Shown one piece after another: positions 1 through 12,299 of a stretch of DNA of 64,000 nt. The position numbers and the translations under genes are program-made. The stretch comes from Pelomonas sp. Root1237 (lineage in GTDB: Bacteria; Pseudomonadota; Gammaproteobacteria; Burkholderiales; Burkholderiaceae_C). The DNA is taken from NCBI RefSeq assembly GCF_001425055.1, contig NZ_LMDK01000012.1, forward strand, positions 335,337 through 399,336, read 5' to 3'. Position 1 is the first letter of the stretch, and the number at the start of each line of letters is the position of its first letter. The notes beneath the pieces are model-generated. The model ran no database searches and had not been told where the DNA came from. It saw only the letters and a program-made list of their open reading frames with translations.

Positions 1-1029
1 GGTGTCGACTAGGAAGGCAAAGCCCGCCAGCCGGTTGTAGAGCAGGTATTCGCGCCAGAAGCTCTGCTCGTCGTCGGCGTCCTCGGGGATGTCGCAGCGC
101 TCCTGGTAGCCCACGACCTGCCAGGCTTCGGGCTTGCCGCCGTCAACGGCCAGCGTGCCGGTGCGGCCCAGCGGAATCAGCGGCGGCAGGCCGCGATCCT
201 GCGGGGTGAAGCCCAGGGCCTTGGATTCGCCCTCCGGCAAGTCGACGACGGCATTGCACTGGGCGCAGACCATGCTCTTGGTCTGCGTGAGCTTGGGCTC
301 CAGTGGTGCGCCGCAGCTCGGGCAGGCGATGGCCCGGCCCTTGAACTTGGCTTCCGCGACCGACTCGCCCTCGGCCGTGGTGCGCAGGCCCTGCAAGGCC
401 ATGTCGGCGAGAAGCACATTGCGGCCAACGGACCAGACCGGTGGCTGGCCGTCGCGGTATTCCAGGCTGCCGACCTCGCCCTTGTCGTTGCGCAGCTCGA
501 TGACGCGGCCCGGCTTGGGCGGCCGTGGCAGCTCGCCTTCGGCCGCACGCAGCGCCGCCTCGACGATGGCGGCCACCTGCCAGCGCTGGCCGGCCAGCGT
601 CAGCGGCTGGCCGAGGGCGGGGGCTTCGGGCGGAGCTTCAGCGAGTGGCGCTTCCAGGCTGAGGACGAACTGGCCGTTGTCCTCGCTGAGCCAGGCCACG
701 CGGGGTGCGTCGGCACCGGTGTCGAAGAACAGATGCCATTCGTTCCAGTTGCCCAGCTCCGAGCCACGCTGCACGCGGCCGACGACGGCAAAGCTGCGGC
801 CCATCCAGCGGCCGGTCGTGCCGAGCTGCAGCGGCGAATAGTCTTCGAAGATCTCGGCGCTCTGGCCGATCTGGCTCAGCGCCTCACCGTCGCGCAGCAA
901 GGTGCTGCGGCAGAAGCCGCAGACGGCACTCGCAGAAGCCGCGCTCGCGAACTCGACCGGCGCGCCGCAGTTGGGGCAGGCGGCGCGCCAGCGACGCTGG
1001 GCGGCTGGCGCCTGAGGGCCTGTGGACAC
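1..1029 (-). CDS. Partial zinc-ribbon protein (possibly DUF4178-like); the 5' end lies at a GTG near 1027-1029 and the gene runs off the window start
   Basis: Reverse-strand translation reads VSTGPQAPAAQRRWRAACPNCGAPVEF...CGFC...IACPSCGAP...CAQC with high GC3. It sits immediately downstream of the SPFH-SHOCT gene on the same strand. It is absent from the ORF track, presumably because it runs off the window edge. The DUF assignment comes from memory. Confidence 0.5.
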   Translation of the reverse strand, partial: MSTGPQAPAAQRRWRAACPNCGAPVEFASAASASAVCGFCRSTLLRDGEALSQIGQSAEIFEDYSPLQLGTTGRWMGRSFAVVGRVQRGSELGNWNEWHLFFDTGADAPRVAWLSEDNGQFVLSLEAPLAEAPPEAPALGQPLTLAGQRWQVAAIVEAALRAAEGELPRPPKPGRVIELRNDKGEVGSLEYRDGQPPVWSVGRNVLLADMALQGLRTTAEGESVAEAKFKGRAIACPSCGAPLEPKLTQTKSMVCAQCNAVVDLPEGESKALGFTPQDRGLPPLIPLGRTGTLAVDGGKPEAWQVVGYQERCDIPEDADDEQSFWREYLLYNRLAGFAFLVDT

Positions 1030-1279
1030 TACGGAAGTAGGCCGCGAAGGCCATCCGCCCGGGGCCAATCAAGGCGTACCGCGCCGCCCGCACTGATGTG
1101 CGGGCAAGCGGTGCAACGCGGAGTGGCCCCGGGCGGATGGCCTTCCCTGCGGGTTGCGGCCAGAAAACCCGCGCGCGGCGTTGCGAAGCCTCGCTTGGGG
1201 CCTACCCAAGCCTCGTTTCGCGCCTTGCTCGCGGGCTTTCTGGCCACAACGCGGTCTGCTGCCGTAGTGTTCACAGGCC

Positions 1280-2308
1280 CTAGCCAAGTTTCTTCAGCAG
1301 ATCGGCCTTCTTGGCGGCGAATTCCTCGTCGGTCAGGATGCCCTTGGCCTTGAGGTCGCCGAGCTTTTCCAGCAGCGAGACGATGTCTTCGGGCTTGCTG
1401 GCCGCCGGTGCGGGCGCTGCGGTGCCGACGCCGGCCAGGCCCTGGCCCAGCGTCTGCGCCAGCGTCTGGCCCAGGGCCACGCCGGCGCCCAGGCCCACGG
1501 CCTGGCCGGCGATGCCACCGCCGTCGCCACCGCCCTTGGCCATCTCGGGCAGGGCTTGCGCGGCCTGGTACTGCATGAACTGGCCCATGTTCTGGCCAAT
1601 GATGCCCATGCCGATGCGCTGGTCGAGGATCTTCTGCAGCTCCTCGGGCAGGGACACGTTCTGCATCGTCACCGAGATCAGCTCCAGACCGATGGCCGAG
1701 AAGGACTCGGCAGTTGCGTTCTTCAGCGCGGCAGCGAACTCGACCTGGTTGGCGGCCAGGTCCAGGAAGGGCGTGCCGCTGCTGGCGACGGCGTCGCTGA
1801 TGTGCTGCAGCATCAGGCCACGCAGCTGGCCGTCCAGGTCCTGCACCGTGTAGCGCTCGCGCGTGCCGGAGATCTGGCTGTGGAAGACCTTGGGGTCCAG
1901 GATGCGGTAGGCATAGTTGCCGAAGGCGCGCAGGCGCACGGCGCCGAAGTCCTTGTCGCGGATGGCGACCGGCTGGCTGGTGCCCCAGCGCTGGTCGATC
2001 TGCTGGCGCGTGCTGAAGAAGTAGACGTCGCTCTTGAAGGGCGACTCGAAGAGCTTGTCCCAGTTTTTGAGGTAGGTCAGCACCGGCAGGGTCTGGGTCG
2101 TCAGCTTGTGGGTGCCGGGGCCAAAGACGTCGGCCACTTGACCCTCGTTGACGAAGACCGCGACCTGGGATTCCCGCACGACGAGCTGGCCGCCGTTCTG
2201 GATTTCCATGCCGGACATCGGGAAGCGCCAGGCCAGCACGCCATCGCCGTCCTCCGTCCACTGGATGACGTCTATGAACTGTTTCTTGATGAAATCCATC
2301 AGGGCCAT
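1280..2308 (-). CDS. SPFH/band-7 domain protein with a C-terminal SHOCT domain
   Basis: The 342-aa ORF starts MALMDFIKKQF (ATG at 2306-2308). It has an SPFH-like core, a Gly/Ala-rich linker and the C-terminal SHOCT signature ILTDEEFAAKKADLLKKLG. Confidence 0.8.
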   Translation of the reverse strand: MALMDFIKKQFIDVIQWTEDGDGVLAWRFPMSGMEIQNGGQLVVRESQVAVFVNEGQVADVFGPGTHKLTTQTLPVLTYLKNWDKLFESPFKSDVYFFSTRQQIDQRWGTSQPVAIRDKDFGAVRLRAFGNYAYRILDPKVFHSQISGTRERYTVQDLDGQLRGLMLQHISDAVASSGTPFLDLAANQVEFAAALKNATAESFSAIGLELISVTMQNVSLPEELQKILDQRIGMGIIGQNMGQFMQYQAAQALPEMAKGGGDGGGIAGQAVGLGAGVALGQTLAQTLGQGLAGVGTAAPAPAASKPEDIVSLLEKLGDLKAKGILTDEEFAAKKADLLKKLG

Positions 2309-2420
2309 GTCGATTCCTGGCTGCGTGAGAAGAAATGAGGGGCAAGTATCCGGCGGCGGGCTCAGACTTCAACGGCCAAACATGTGAATCTCACCGCGCG
2401 CCAGGGTGAGAATCTCTGTC

Positions 2421-2894
2421 ATGCCCAGAGTTTGCATCCAGTCCGGGGACTTTGACGTCGGCGCCGAAACCTCCGCCCTGCGGATGGGGGATGGCGGCGT
2501 CGGTGCCGTCGTCGCCTTCGTCGGCACCGTGCGCGAGCACAGCAGCGGCGCGGCAGTGTCGGCGATGGAGCTGGAACACTACCCGGGCATGACGGAGGCG
2601 GCCATCGAAGCCATGGTCGACGCGGCCATGGCCCGCTTCGACATCCGTGCCGCCAAGGTCATCCACCGCGTCGGCACCCTGCAGGCCCGCGACCAGATCG
2701 TGCTGGTGCTCGTCACCAGCGCCCACCGAGGGCAGGCCTTCCAGGCCTGCGAATTCCTGATGGACTATTTGAAGACCCAGGCGCCGTTCTGGAAGAAGGA
2801 GCACACGCCGGACGGCGCGCACTGGGTGGATGCCCGGGTGGCGGACGACGAGGCGCTGGCGCGTTGGGGGATTGCCGGGGGGAATGCCCTGTGA
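2421..2894 (+). CDS. moaE: Molybdopterin synthase catalytic subunit MoaE
   Basis: Matches E. coli MoaE in the motifs [33 protein letters not shown] and WVDAR. The start is either ATG 2421 or GTG 2406. Its stop overlaps the crcB GTG (GTGA). Confidence 0.85.
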   Translation: MPRVCIQSGDFDVGAETSALRMGDGGVGAVVAFVGTVREHSSGAAVSAMELEHYPGMTEAAIEAMVDAAMARFDIRAAKVIHRVGTLQARDQIVLVLVTSAHRGQAFQACEFLMDYLKTQAPFWKKEHTPDGAHWVDARVADDEALARWGIAGGNAL

Positions 2895-3256
2895 ATGCGT
2901 TGGCAGTTTCGATAGGCGCCGCCTTGGGCGCGCTGACTCGCTGGCAGGCCGGCCTGCTGTTCAACACCCGTTGGGCCGGTTTCCCGCTCGGTACGCTGCT
3001 GGTCAACCTCGTGGGGGGCCTGTTGATCGGCGTTGCGCTGGAGTGGCTGGGCCGCCATCCGAACGAATTGCTGAAACTTTTGCTGGTGACGGGCTTCCTC
3101 GGCGGGCTGACGACGTTTTCAGCCTTTTCGGGCGAGTCGCTGGCGTTGTTGCGGCATGGCGAGCTGGGCATGGCTGCTGCCCATACGCTGGCCCACGTGC
3201 TGGGAGCGCTTTTTGCCGCGTGGCTGGGGATGCGTCTCGTGCAGGCCTTGATCTAG
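2891..3256 (+). CDS. crcB: Fluoride ion channel CrcB/FluC
   Basis: About 121 aa with four TM helices and the GGLTTFSAF motif. The GTG start overlaps the moaE stop. An alternative upstream ATG lies at 2864. Confidence 0.85.
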   Translation: MNALAVSIGAALGALTRWQAGLLFNTRWAGFPLGTLLVNLVGGLLIGVALEWLGRHPNELLKLLLVTGFLGGLTTFSAFSGESLALLRHGELGMAAAHTLAHVLGALFAAWLGMRLVQALI

Positions 3257-3315
3257 CTCAACTTGAAAAGCGCCGGCTGGCGCCCACTTGGCTTGGCAAC
3301 CGGAGGATTCCCACC

Positions 3316-5907
<2,592 letters not shown>

Positions 5908-5932
5908 GCGGCGTGCGCGGCGCCCGCCACGC

Positions 5933-7276
5933 TCAGAGCGTGGTGACGGCGTCGTGCGTGGTGTCGAGTTCGACGCGGTTGCGACCGGCGGCCTTGGCGC
6001 GGTAGAGGGCCGCGTCGGCCCGCTTGAAGGCGCGGTGGGTCGACGCCCCGGGCGGTGCCAGCGCAACGCCGAAACTCGCCGTGATGCCGAAACGGCCCTT
6101 GGCGTCGAAGTTGCCGCGTTGCACGGCATCGCGCAGCTTCTCCGCCAGCCGCACCGCGTCGTCGGCATGGCGGCCCTGGCAGGCGACGAGGAACTCCTCG
6201 CCGCCCCAGCGACCGATGACGTCACTCGTGCGCAGATTGGCCGACACGATGGCGGCCATGCGGCGCAGCACCTCATCGCCGACGGGGTGGCCCCAGCGGT
6301 CGTTGATGTGCTTGAAGTGGTCGATGTCGAGCAGCACGAGCGCCACGCCGGCCGATTCGGCCTCGAAGTCCTCCAGCGCTGACTCCAGCCCGCGCCGGTT
6401 GAGCACCCCGGTCAACTCGTCGATGGTGGCCAGGCGGCGCAGCTTGTCCTGCTCGACGCGCAGCAGGCGGGTGCGTGCCGTCAACGCGTCGATCTCGCGC
6501 TGCTGGCGCAGATGGCTGCGCCGCAGCGCGCGCCAGTGCCGGCCCACCACGGTGCCGGCCGCCAGCAGCCAGGCGCAGAGCAGGCCGAGGTAGAGGGTGT
6601 CGCGGGCGATCCACGGCCCCTTGAGCGTGAGATGGCGCAGCTCCAGCTCGTGGTTCTGGCCGGCGAGGCCGTCCGCCACGTCGATGGACAGGCTCGTCAC
6701 GTTCTCGACACTGGGCCGGTTGAACTCGCGCGGCAGGTCGAACTGCGTGATCCACCACTCGGGCACGGTCAGCTCGGAAAGTTCAAGGGTGACCGGCCCG
6801 GTGACATCGCGCCCCCTCAGGTTGATCGACTGCATGCGGGAGCTGTTGCCGTCGGTCAGCTTGGAGAAGCGCGGGTCGAAATTGCGCAGGGCCACGCGCA
6901 GATGAGCGGCACTGCCCTGGTAGGCCAGGTCCATCTCCAGGTTGTCGAATCCGCTCAGGTTCCTGCCGCGGGCCGGGTCGTCGCCGCTCAGCACGAGGGT
7001 GATGCCACACGATTGCGAAGGGCTGTTCGCGGGATAGCGGCAAACCCAGCGGCGGCGTTCGAAATCGACCCACTGCACGGGGGGCTCGCCCGGTGCGTCG
7101 CCCGCGGTGATCAGGAACAGGTTGCTCACCGCACCGGGGGCCGCGAGGTCGATGCTGCGCTCGGGCAGCCAGGCCTGCGCCAGCACCAGTGCCACGGTCA
7201 GCGCAATGCCGGCCGCGAGGTTGCGTGTGGGTGTGGTGGCGTGGGGCACGTGGGGGGGCGACTGGAGATGCGCCAT
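5933..7276 (-). CDS. Diguanylate cyclase (GGDEF domain) with an N-terminal periplasmic sensor region and a TM helix
   Basis: The C-terminal GGDEF domain carries RWGGEEF and the I-site-like RxxD context. The N-terminal ~230 aa is extracytoplasmic and of unknown type. Confidence 0.85.
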   Translation of the reverse strand: MAHLQSPPHVPHATTPTRNLAAGIALTVALVLAQAWLPERSIDLAAPGAVSNLFLITAGDAPGEPPVQWVDFERRRWVCRYPANSPSQSCGITLVLSGDDPARGRNLSGFDNLEMDLAYQGSAAHLRVALRNFDPRFSKLTDGNSSRMQSINLRGRDVTGPVTLELSELTVPEWWITQFDLPREFNRPSVENVTSLSIDVADGLAGQNHELELRHLTLKGPWIARDTLYLGLLCAWLLAAGTVVGRHWRALRRSHLRQQREIDALTARTRLLRVEQDKLRRLATIDELTGVLNRRGLESALEDFEAESAGVALVLLDIDHFKHINDRWGHPVGDEVLRRMAAIVSANLRTSDVIGRWGGEEFLVACQGRHADDAVRLAEKLRDAVQRGNFDAKGRFGITASFGVALAPPGASTHRAFKRADAALYRAKAAGRNRVELDTTHDAVTTL

Positions 7277-7333
7277 GACTGTATCGACCCGCCCCGGTCT
7301 TTGAACCGACCTGCCGAGCCCGAGCGTGACGTA

Positions 7334-8317
7334 TCACCAGCGGGAGCGGTGGTCCTCGGTCACGCCCAGCAGGCCGTCGATGCGGCGCGCCGGTGCGCCG
7401 GCACCGGCCCGCACCGTGCCGGCGAAGCAGCCGATGGGCTGAACGTAGTGGCTGGCGGCGACGAGGAGGTCACGGTCCTCGGCACGTGCGCCTTCAGGCG
7501 TGAAGACCAGGTCAAGCAGGCCGTCGTCGGTGTGCACCCGCCACGGCCGCAACGGCTGGGTGGGGTCGAAGTCGAAATGCGCGTCGGCCAGCGCGATCGG
7601 CATGCCGTCCAGCCACAGCACGTTCTCCTGCCCGCCGAAATAGCCCTGCTGCAGATTGAAGCCGGCGTCGGCGCGGTGGGCGCTGGCCCAGCGCCAGGCG
7701 GTGTTGCGGGCGAGCAGGCCATTGGACGCGTCGACCGCCGCCCAGGCGCCATCCAGGCCGAAATGATGGCCCTCGGCCTCGGCCCAGCCTTGCACGGGCA
7801 GGGCGGTGGTCTTTTGCGTCGCATGGACGATGCCGCCGTCGACCGAGCCGATGGCCAGCAGCGGGGGCGCCATGAGGCCGAGGTCCAGGCGAGCCTGGAT
7901 GCGCAGCGCGCGCGTGGCGACCGTGAGGCGCAGGCTGTCGTCCGGCTCGTGGCAGAGCGTCAGACGCGCGCCTGGGCCGCGGAACCAGGTGCGGGCGCCG
8001 GCGAGCGGCGCGTCGGATACACCGGCCTGCAATCCCGGCAGGCCGTCCTGGCGCCAGTTGGCCAGCAAGGTGCGGCGACGGCGGTCGAAGAGGTAGGCGA
8101 AAGCCGTGCAGGTCCAGCCGAGGTGGACGATGGCGACGCCGATGAAGAGCTGCTCATTGCCCAGGCCAACGTAATGCCAGCGCTTGTGATGCAGCTTGTG
8201 CCAGAGCCAGGAGCGGCGCTCACGCATGGGTGACCAATCGATGCGCGATATGCGGCCGGCATAGCGGCCCATGGCCGGCGCGCCATGGGTGACGACGGTT
8301 TGGGGAGCCGGGTTCAT
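7334..8317 (-). CDS. DUF2804-like hypothetical protein
   Basis: A roughly 330-aa ORF with motifs WHYVG, SHYVQPIGCFAG that I remember from the DUF2804 family. The start is ambiguous: ATG 8315-8317 overlaps the AraC stop by 2 nt, or an upstream ATG at 8362. Confidence 0.5.
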   Translation of the reverse strand: MNPAPQTVVTHGAPAMGRYAGRISRIDWSPMRERRSWLWHKLHHKRWHYVGLGNEQLFIGVAIVHLGWTCTAFAYLFDRRRRTLLANWRQDGLPGLQAGVSDAPLAGARTWFRGPGARLTLCHEPDDSLRLTVATRALRIQARLDLGLMAPPLLAIGSVDGGIVHATQKTTALPVQGWAEAEGHHFGLDGAWAAVDASNGLLARNTAWRWASAHRADAGFNLQQGYFGGQENVLWLDGMPIALADAHFDFDPTQPLRPWRVHTDDGLLDLVFTPEGARAEDRDLLVAASHYVQPIGCFAGTVRAGAGAPARRIDGLLGVTEDHRSRW

Positions 8318-9300
8318 CGTGAATGCTGTCTGCGCCACTGCAGCGGCGCCTGGCCTGTCCACTGCCGGAAGGCGCGCGTAAAGGCGCTTTGCTCGGAATA
8401 GCCGAGCAGCAGAGCCACTTCGGCCAACTCGACGCCGGGGTCGCGCAGATAGGCCTCGGCCAGTTGCTGGCGAGTCTGCGACAGCAGGGCCTGGAAGCTC
8501 TGGCCCTGTTCGGCCAGCCGCCGCTGCAGGCTGCGCGGGCTCATCTGCAGGCTGAGCGCCAGATCGGGCAGCTGGGTGCGGCCACTGCGGATCAGGCCGA
8601 CCAGGGCCTGGCGCCAGACGCCGACCGGCTCGCTGATGGCAGCCACCTCCTGCAGCAGGCGTTCGGCTTGATCGTCGAGCAGCGCCAGCAGGGCCGCGTC
8701 GGCGCCGCGCAAGGGCAGGGCGAGGTCGCGCAACGCCAGCACAAGGCGTGTGCTGGGCTGATCGAAGCGCACCGGGCCGCCGAAGAAGTCCTCGTAGGGC
8801 CGCACGTCGGCCGGGTGGCGGTTGACGAAATCCACCGCCAGTGCGCGCACCGGCCTGCCCGTGAACTCACGCGTCAGCTGCACCAGGGCCGCGATGGCGG
8901 TCTCGTCGACCAGGGCGCCGGGGCGGCCGCGCTCCACGCCCCATTCGATGCAGATGCCCTCGGGGCAGGGGTGGACCTGGGCGATGTTCACGTCATAGAC
9001 CGAGCGGTGATAGCGCTCCAGCCGCAACAGGGCCTCGCCCAAGGTACCGCAGGCCAGCGCCGCGAAGCCGACGACGCCGAAGTGCCGCGGCGCGATGCCG
9101 CGGGCCAGGCGCAGCGGGAAGGTCGACTTCGGGCCGGGGTCGAGGTCGCGTGCCCGTTCGAGCAGCGCCTGCCAGCGGCGCAGCGCGACAAAGGTCTCGG
9201 CCGGCGCCGGCGGTGTGCCAAGGGCTTCGGCACAGCCGAGCGCGCCCATGTGCTCGAAGAGCAACTGGACATAACTGGCGGCGACACGGGTCTCATCCAC
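8314..9300 (-). CDS. AraC-family transcriptional regulator
   Basis: The C-terminal AraC-type HTH reads LAEVALLLGYSEQSAFTRAFRQWTG. It is divergent from the fatty-acid hydroxylase gene at 9428. Confidence 0.8.
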   Translation of the reverse strand: MDETRVAASYVQLLFEHMGALGCAEALGTPPAPAETFVALRRWQALLERARDLDPGPKSTFPLRLARGIAPRHFGVVGFAALACGTLGEALLRLERYHRSVYDVNIAQVHPCPEGICIEWGVERGRPGALVDETAIAALVQLTREFTGRPVRALAVDFVNRHPADVRPYEDFFGGPVRFDQPSTRLVLALRDLALPLRGADAALLALLDDQAERLLQEVAAISEPVGVWRQALVGLIRSGRTQLPDLALSLQMSPRSLQRRLAEQGQSFQALLSQTRQQLAEAYLRDPGVELAEVALLLGYSEQSAFTRAFRQWTGQAPLQWRRQHSR

Positions 9301-9427
9301 GGCCGGTCGATGATGCAGCAGTGCCGGCCACCGTCCTCTGCGTGATCTCCCCAGGCGTGGCGTGATCCGTCAAAAACCCGGGTTTTGCCGTCAAGAAAGC
9401 CTGGCCGTTTCGGATCAACATGGCGGC

Positions 9428-10303
9428 ATGGACTGGCTGCTCGACCTCTACCACCGCCACGGCGACTGGCGCGACCTGACGCTGGTCATGTTGTCACCCG
9501 TCTTCGGCGTCTTCATCGCGATGGAGGCCTGGCGCTTCCGCAGGACCGGCGTCTTCGACCTCTGGGACACCTTTGACAGCATGAACAGCGGCGGCAGCTA
9601 CCTGGTTGCCGACCTGGTGCTGCTCGTCGTGCTGGTGTTGCCGGCCATGGGCTGGGTCCATGACCACCGCCTCTTCACCGTGGACGTGACCGTCTGGCGC
9701 TTCATCGGCCTGTTCCTGCTCGTCGAGTTCCTTTATTACTGGTTCCACCGCGGCAGCCACCGCATCCGCTGGTTCTGGTGTGCCCATGTCGTGCATCACG
9801 GCTCGGAGAAGATGAACTTCGGCACCGCGCTGCGCCAGAGCTGGTTCTATCCGATTGCGGGCAACTGGCTGTTCTACCTGCCGGCCGTGTGGCTGGGCTT
9901 CGAGCCTCGCTGGGTGCTGTTCGCGCTGTCGCTCAACCTGGGCTACCAGTTCTTCGTGCACACCGGCTGGGTCGGCAAGATGTCGGCCTGGTTCGAGTTC
10001 ATCTTCAACACGCCGTCCCACCACCGCGCCCACCACGGCCGCAACCCGCAATACATCGACAAGAACTTCGGCGGCACGCTGATCGTCTTCGACCGCCTCT
10101 TTGGCACTTTCGTGCCCGAAGAGGCGGCGGTCGACTACGGCCTGGAGCACCCCTTTTACACACACAACCTGTTCTGGCTCAATGCGCACGAGTGGCGGGC
10201 GATGTTCCACGACATGGCCCAGGAGAAGACCTGGGGCATGCGCCTGGCCCACCTATGGAGGCCGCCGGAGTGGCGGCGGCATTACAACGGGTTCAAGGGC
10301 TAG
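9428..10303 (+). CDS. Sterol desaturase / fatty-acid hydroxylase superfamily membrane protein
   Basis: It carries the histidine boxes HRGSHRIRWFWCAHVVHHGSE and HHRAHHGRNP with multiple TM helices. The start chosen is MDWLLDLY; the ORF track extends upstream to 9362. Confidence 0.75.
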   Translation: MDWLLDLYHRHGDWRDLTLVMLSPVFGVFIAMEAWRFRRTGVFDLWDTFDSMNSGGSYLVADLVLLVVLVLPAMGWVHDHRLFTVDVTVWRFIGLFLLVEFLYYWFHRGSHRIRWFWCAHVVHHGSEKMNFGTALRQSWFYPIAGNWLFYLPAVWLGFEPRWVLFALSLNLGYQFFVHTGWVGKMSAWFEFIFNTPSHHRAHHGRNPQYIDKNFGGTLIVFDRLFGTFVPEEAAVDYGLEHPFYTHNLFWLNAHEWRAMFHDMAQEKTWGMRLAHLWRPPEWRRHYNGFKG

Positions 10304-12299
10304 TCGGGCCCAGGTATTTGGCCAGGAAAGCCTCCATGCGCTCGGCGAAATCGACGCGATTCTTGAGCACCGCAAAGCCATGGCCTTCGCCGGGGTAGGT
10401 CACCCAGGCCGGCTCGTTGCCGGCCTCGCGCATGGCCTTGCGCAGGCGCTCACCGTGGGCCAGCGGCACGCGCAGGTCGGCTTCGCCGAAGGCCAGCAGC
10501 ACGGGCGCCTTGATGCGCGCCGCCTGCTTGACGGGTGAATGGGCGGCGATGAGGGCGGCGTCCTTCTCCGGGTCGCCCACCATGTCGCGCAGCTGGAACT
10601 GGCGGCCCCACTCGGGGATGTCATCGCGGACCCACCAGGACCCCGCCACATACAGATCCAGGTCGGTCACGGCCACCCAGGCCACGCCGCAGCGGTAGAG
10701 CTCGGGGTCCTTGATCAGGCCCATCAGCGTGCTGTAGCCGCCGTAGCTGGCGCCGGCGATGCAGGCCTTGTCGCTGGCGATCTTCTGTTCCTGCGCCCAG
10801 CGCAGAGCGTCCGCCACGTCGTCCTGCATGGCCTGGCCGAACTGGCGGAAGCCGGCGCGGAAATGGTCTCGGCCGTAGCCGGTGCTGCCGCGGAACTCCG
10901 GCTCGATCACGGCGTAGCCTCGCGAGGCCAGGAATTGCGCATAGGCATGCCAACCCCAGGCATTGCCGCGCACCCAGGGTCCACCGTGTACGAGAACGAC
11001 GGCCGGCAGCGGACCTGTGGCCTCGGCGTTCTTCGTGACCCAGACAGGCAAATCGCGGCCATCGCGTGCCTTGATGCGGTGCAGGTCCATCTGTGCCATC
11101 TCGGACGGCTCGATCGCGTTGCGCATGCGGCCCACGGGGCGCCAGACTGATTCGCCCGCGGGCGGCTGGGCCTGGTAGAGCCACAACTGGCCGGGCTCGC
11201 GGTCGCTGTAGGAGCGCACCAGCGCCACGACATCGGCCTGGCCACAGCGTCGGCAACTGATGCTGTTGACGCGGCCCGGCATGCGCTCGTCCGCCGCCTT
11301 TTGCAGCGCCTGCATGGCGGCGTTCTGCCAGACCGTCGTCTCGGCGTCGGTCGTGACACGCACGCCCAGGGCAGTGCCCGCGGCGTCATTGAGCACACGA
11401 CCGTTGAAGTCGAAACCCGGTGTCACGACCAGGGGCTTGGGGTCTGGCGCGTGACGTTCGAAGTCGTACAGGCTCAGCACCGTTTCGCTGCCGCGCTGGG
11501 TGTGCGTCACATAGAGCCGGCCGGCATCGTCGACGGCGTTGATGCCGAAGGGCGCGTTCAGCAGATCGCTCTCGTACAAGGGCTGCCAGTCCTGGCGGCC
11601 CGGGCCGCGCCACAGGGCGCCTCGCCGGCCGTCGCGGCGCGTCAGCGCGACGCGCAGCTCGCCGCGGCTGTCGGTCACCCAGCCCACGGTGTCGGGTGGG
11701 GCGTTCACGCCGGTCAGCCGCGTGCGGCCGGTGCGGGTGTTGAGCCACAACGGCGTTTCCAGGTGGCGCTCGTCGGGCGTGAACTCGGCCAGCAACACCT
11801 CTTCGTTGACCTCGTTCGGTTGTGGCCGCGGCACGGCCAGCAGGCGGTGGTTCCAGTCCAGCAGACGATCCTGCCGGCTGCCGTCAGTGAAGAATGGCCG
11901 CCCCATGCGCCGCACCAACTGTCGGATCTGGTTGCCGTCGGGGTTGATTGCAAACAAGCCAGGCGCGCCATTGGGGCGGCCGCTGCCATCGGACAGGTCC
12001 GTGACGCTGAAGACCAGGCGGTCATCGTTGACCCAGTAGGCCTGCGAGATGTCACCATCATTGAACTGCGCGGTGCGCATCGGCTTGCCGCCAGGGTTGA
12101 GGTCGAAGACCCCGAGGCCGACGCGCGGCCCGCCGAAGGTGCTCCTCACGGCGAGCTTGCGGCCCGACGGCGACAGCACGGCCTCGACGATGGTGGGGTC
12201 CTTGAAGAAGGCCTCGACTGGCGGCGGCGCGGCCAGGACCGGGTTCGCCGAGGCGAGCGCGGCCAGCAGGATCAGTGGAGCGAGCAGGCGCTGCTTCAT
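10293..12299 (-). CDS. S9-family serine peptidase (prolyl oligopeptidase / dipeptidyl aminopeptidase-like), secreted
   Basis: The signal peptide is MKQRLLAPLILLAALASANPVLA. A C-terminal alpha/beta-hydrolase domain carries GASYGGY, and an N-terminal propeller-like region is present. The start ATG at 12297-12299 overlaps the stop of the upstream paralog. Confidence 0.85.
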   Translation of the reverse strand: MKQRLLAPLILLAALASANPVLAAPPPVEAFFKDPTIVEAVLSPSGRKLAVRSTFGGPRVGLGVFDLNPGGKPMRTAQFNDGDISQAYWVNDDRLVFSVTDLSDGSGRPNGAPGLFAINPDGNQIRQLVRRMGRPFFTDGSRQDRLLDWNHRLLAVPRPQPNEVNEEVLLAEFTPDERHLETPLWLNTRTGRTRLTGVNAPPDTVGWVTDSRGELRVALTRRDGRRGALWRGPGRQDWQPLYESDLLNAPFGINAVDDAGRLYVTHTQRGSETVLSLYDFERHAPDPKPLVVTPGFDFNGRVLNDAAGTALGVRVTTDAETTVWQNAAMQALQKAADERMPGRVNSISCRRCGQADVVALVRSYSDREPGQLWLYQAQPPAGESVWRPVGRMRNAIEPSEMAQMDLHRIKARDGRDLPVWVTKNAEATGPLPAVVLVHGGPWVRGNAWGWHAYAQFLASRGYAVIEPEFRGSTGYGRDHFRAGFRQFGQAMQDDVADALRWAQEQKIASDKACIAGASYGGYSTLMGLIKDPELYRCGVAWVAVTDLDLYVAGSWWVRDDIPEWGRQFQLRDMVGDPEKDAALIAAHSPVKQAARIKAPVLLAFGEADLRVPLAHGERLRKAMREAGNEPAWVTYPGEGHGFAVLKNRVDFAERMEAFLAKYLGPTSP

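Noticed and set aside
1029-2372. A 447-aa minus ORF overlapping the SPFH-SHOCT gene in another frame
   Set aside because: It is out of frame with the motif-bearing SPFH protein (1280-2308). The product is Arg/Pro-rich nonsense.
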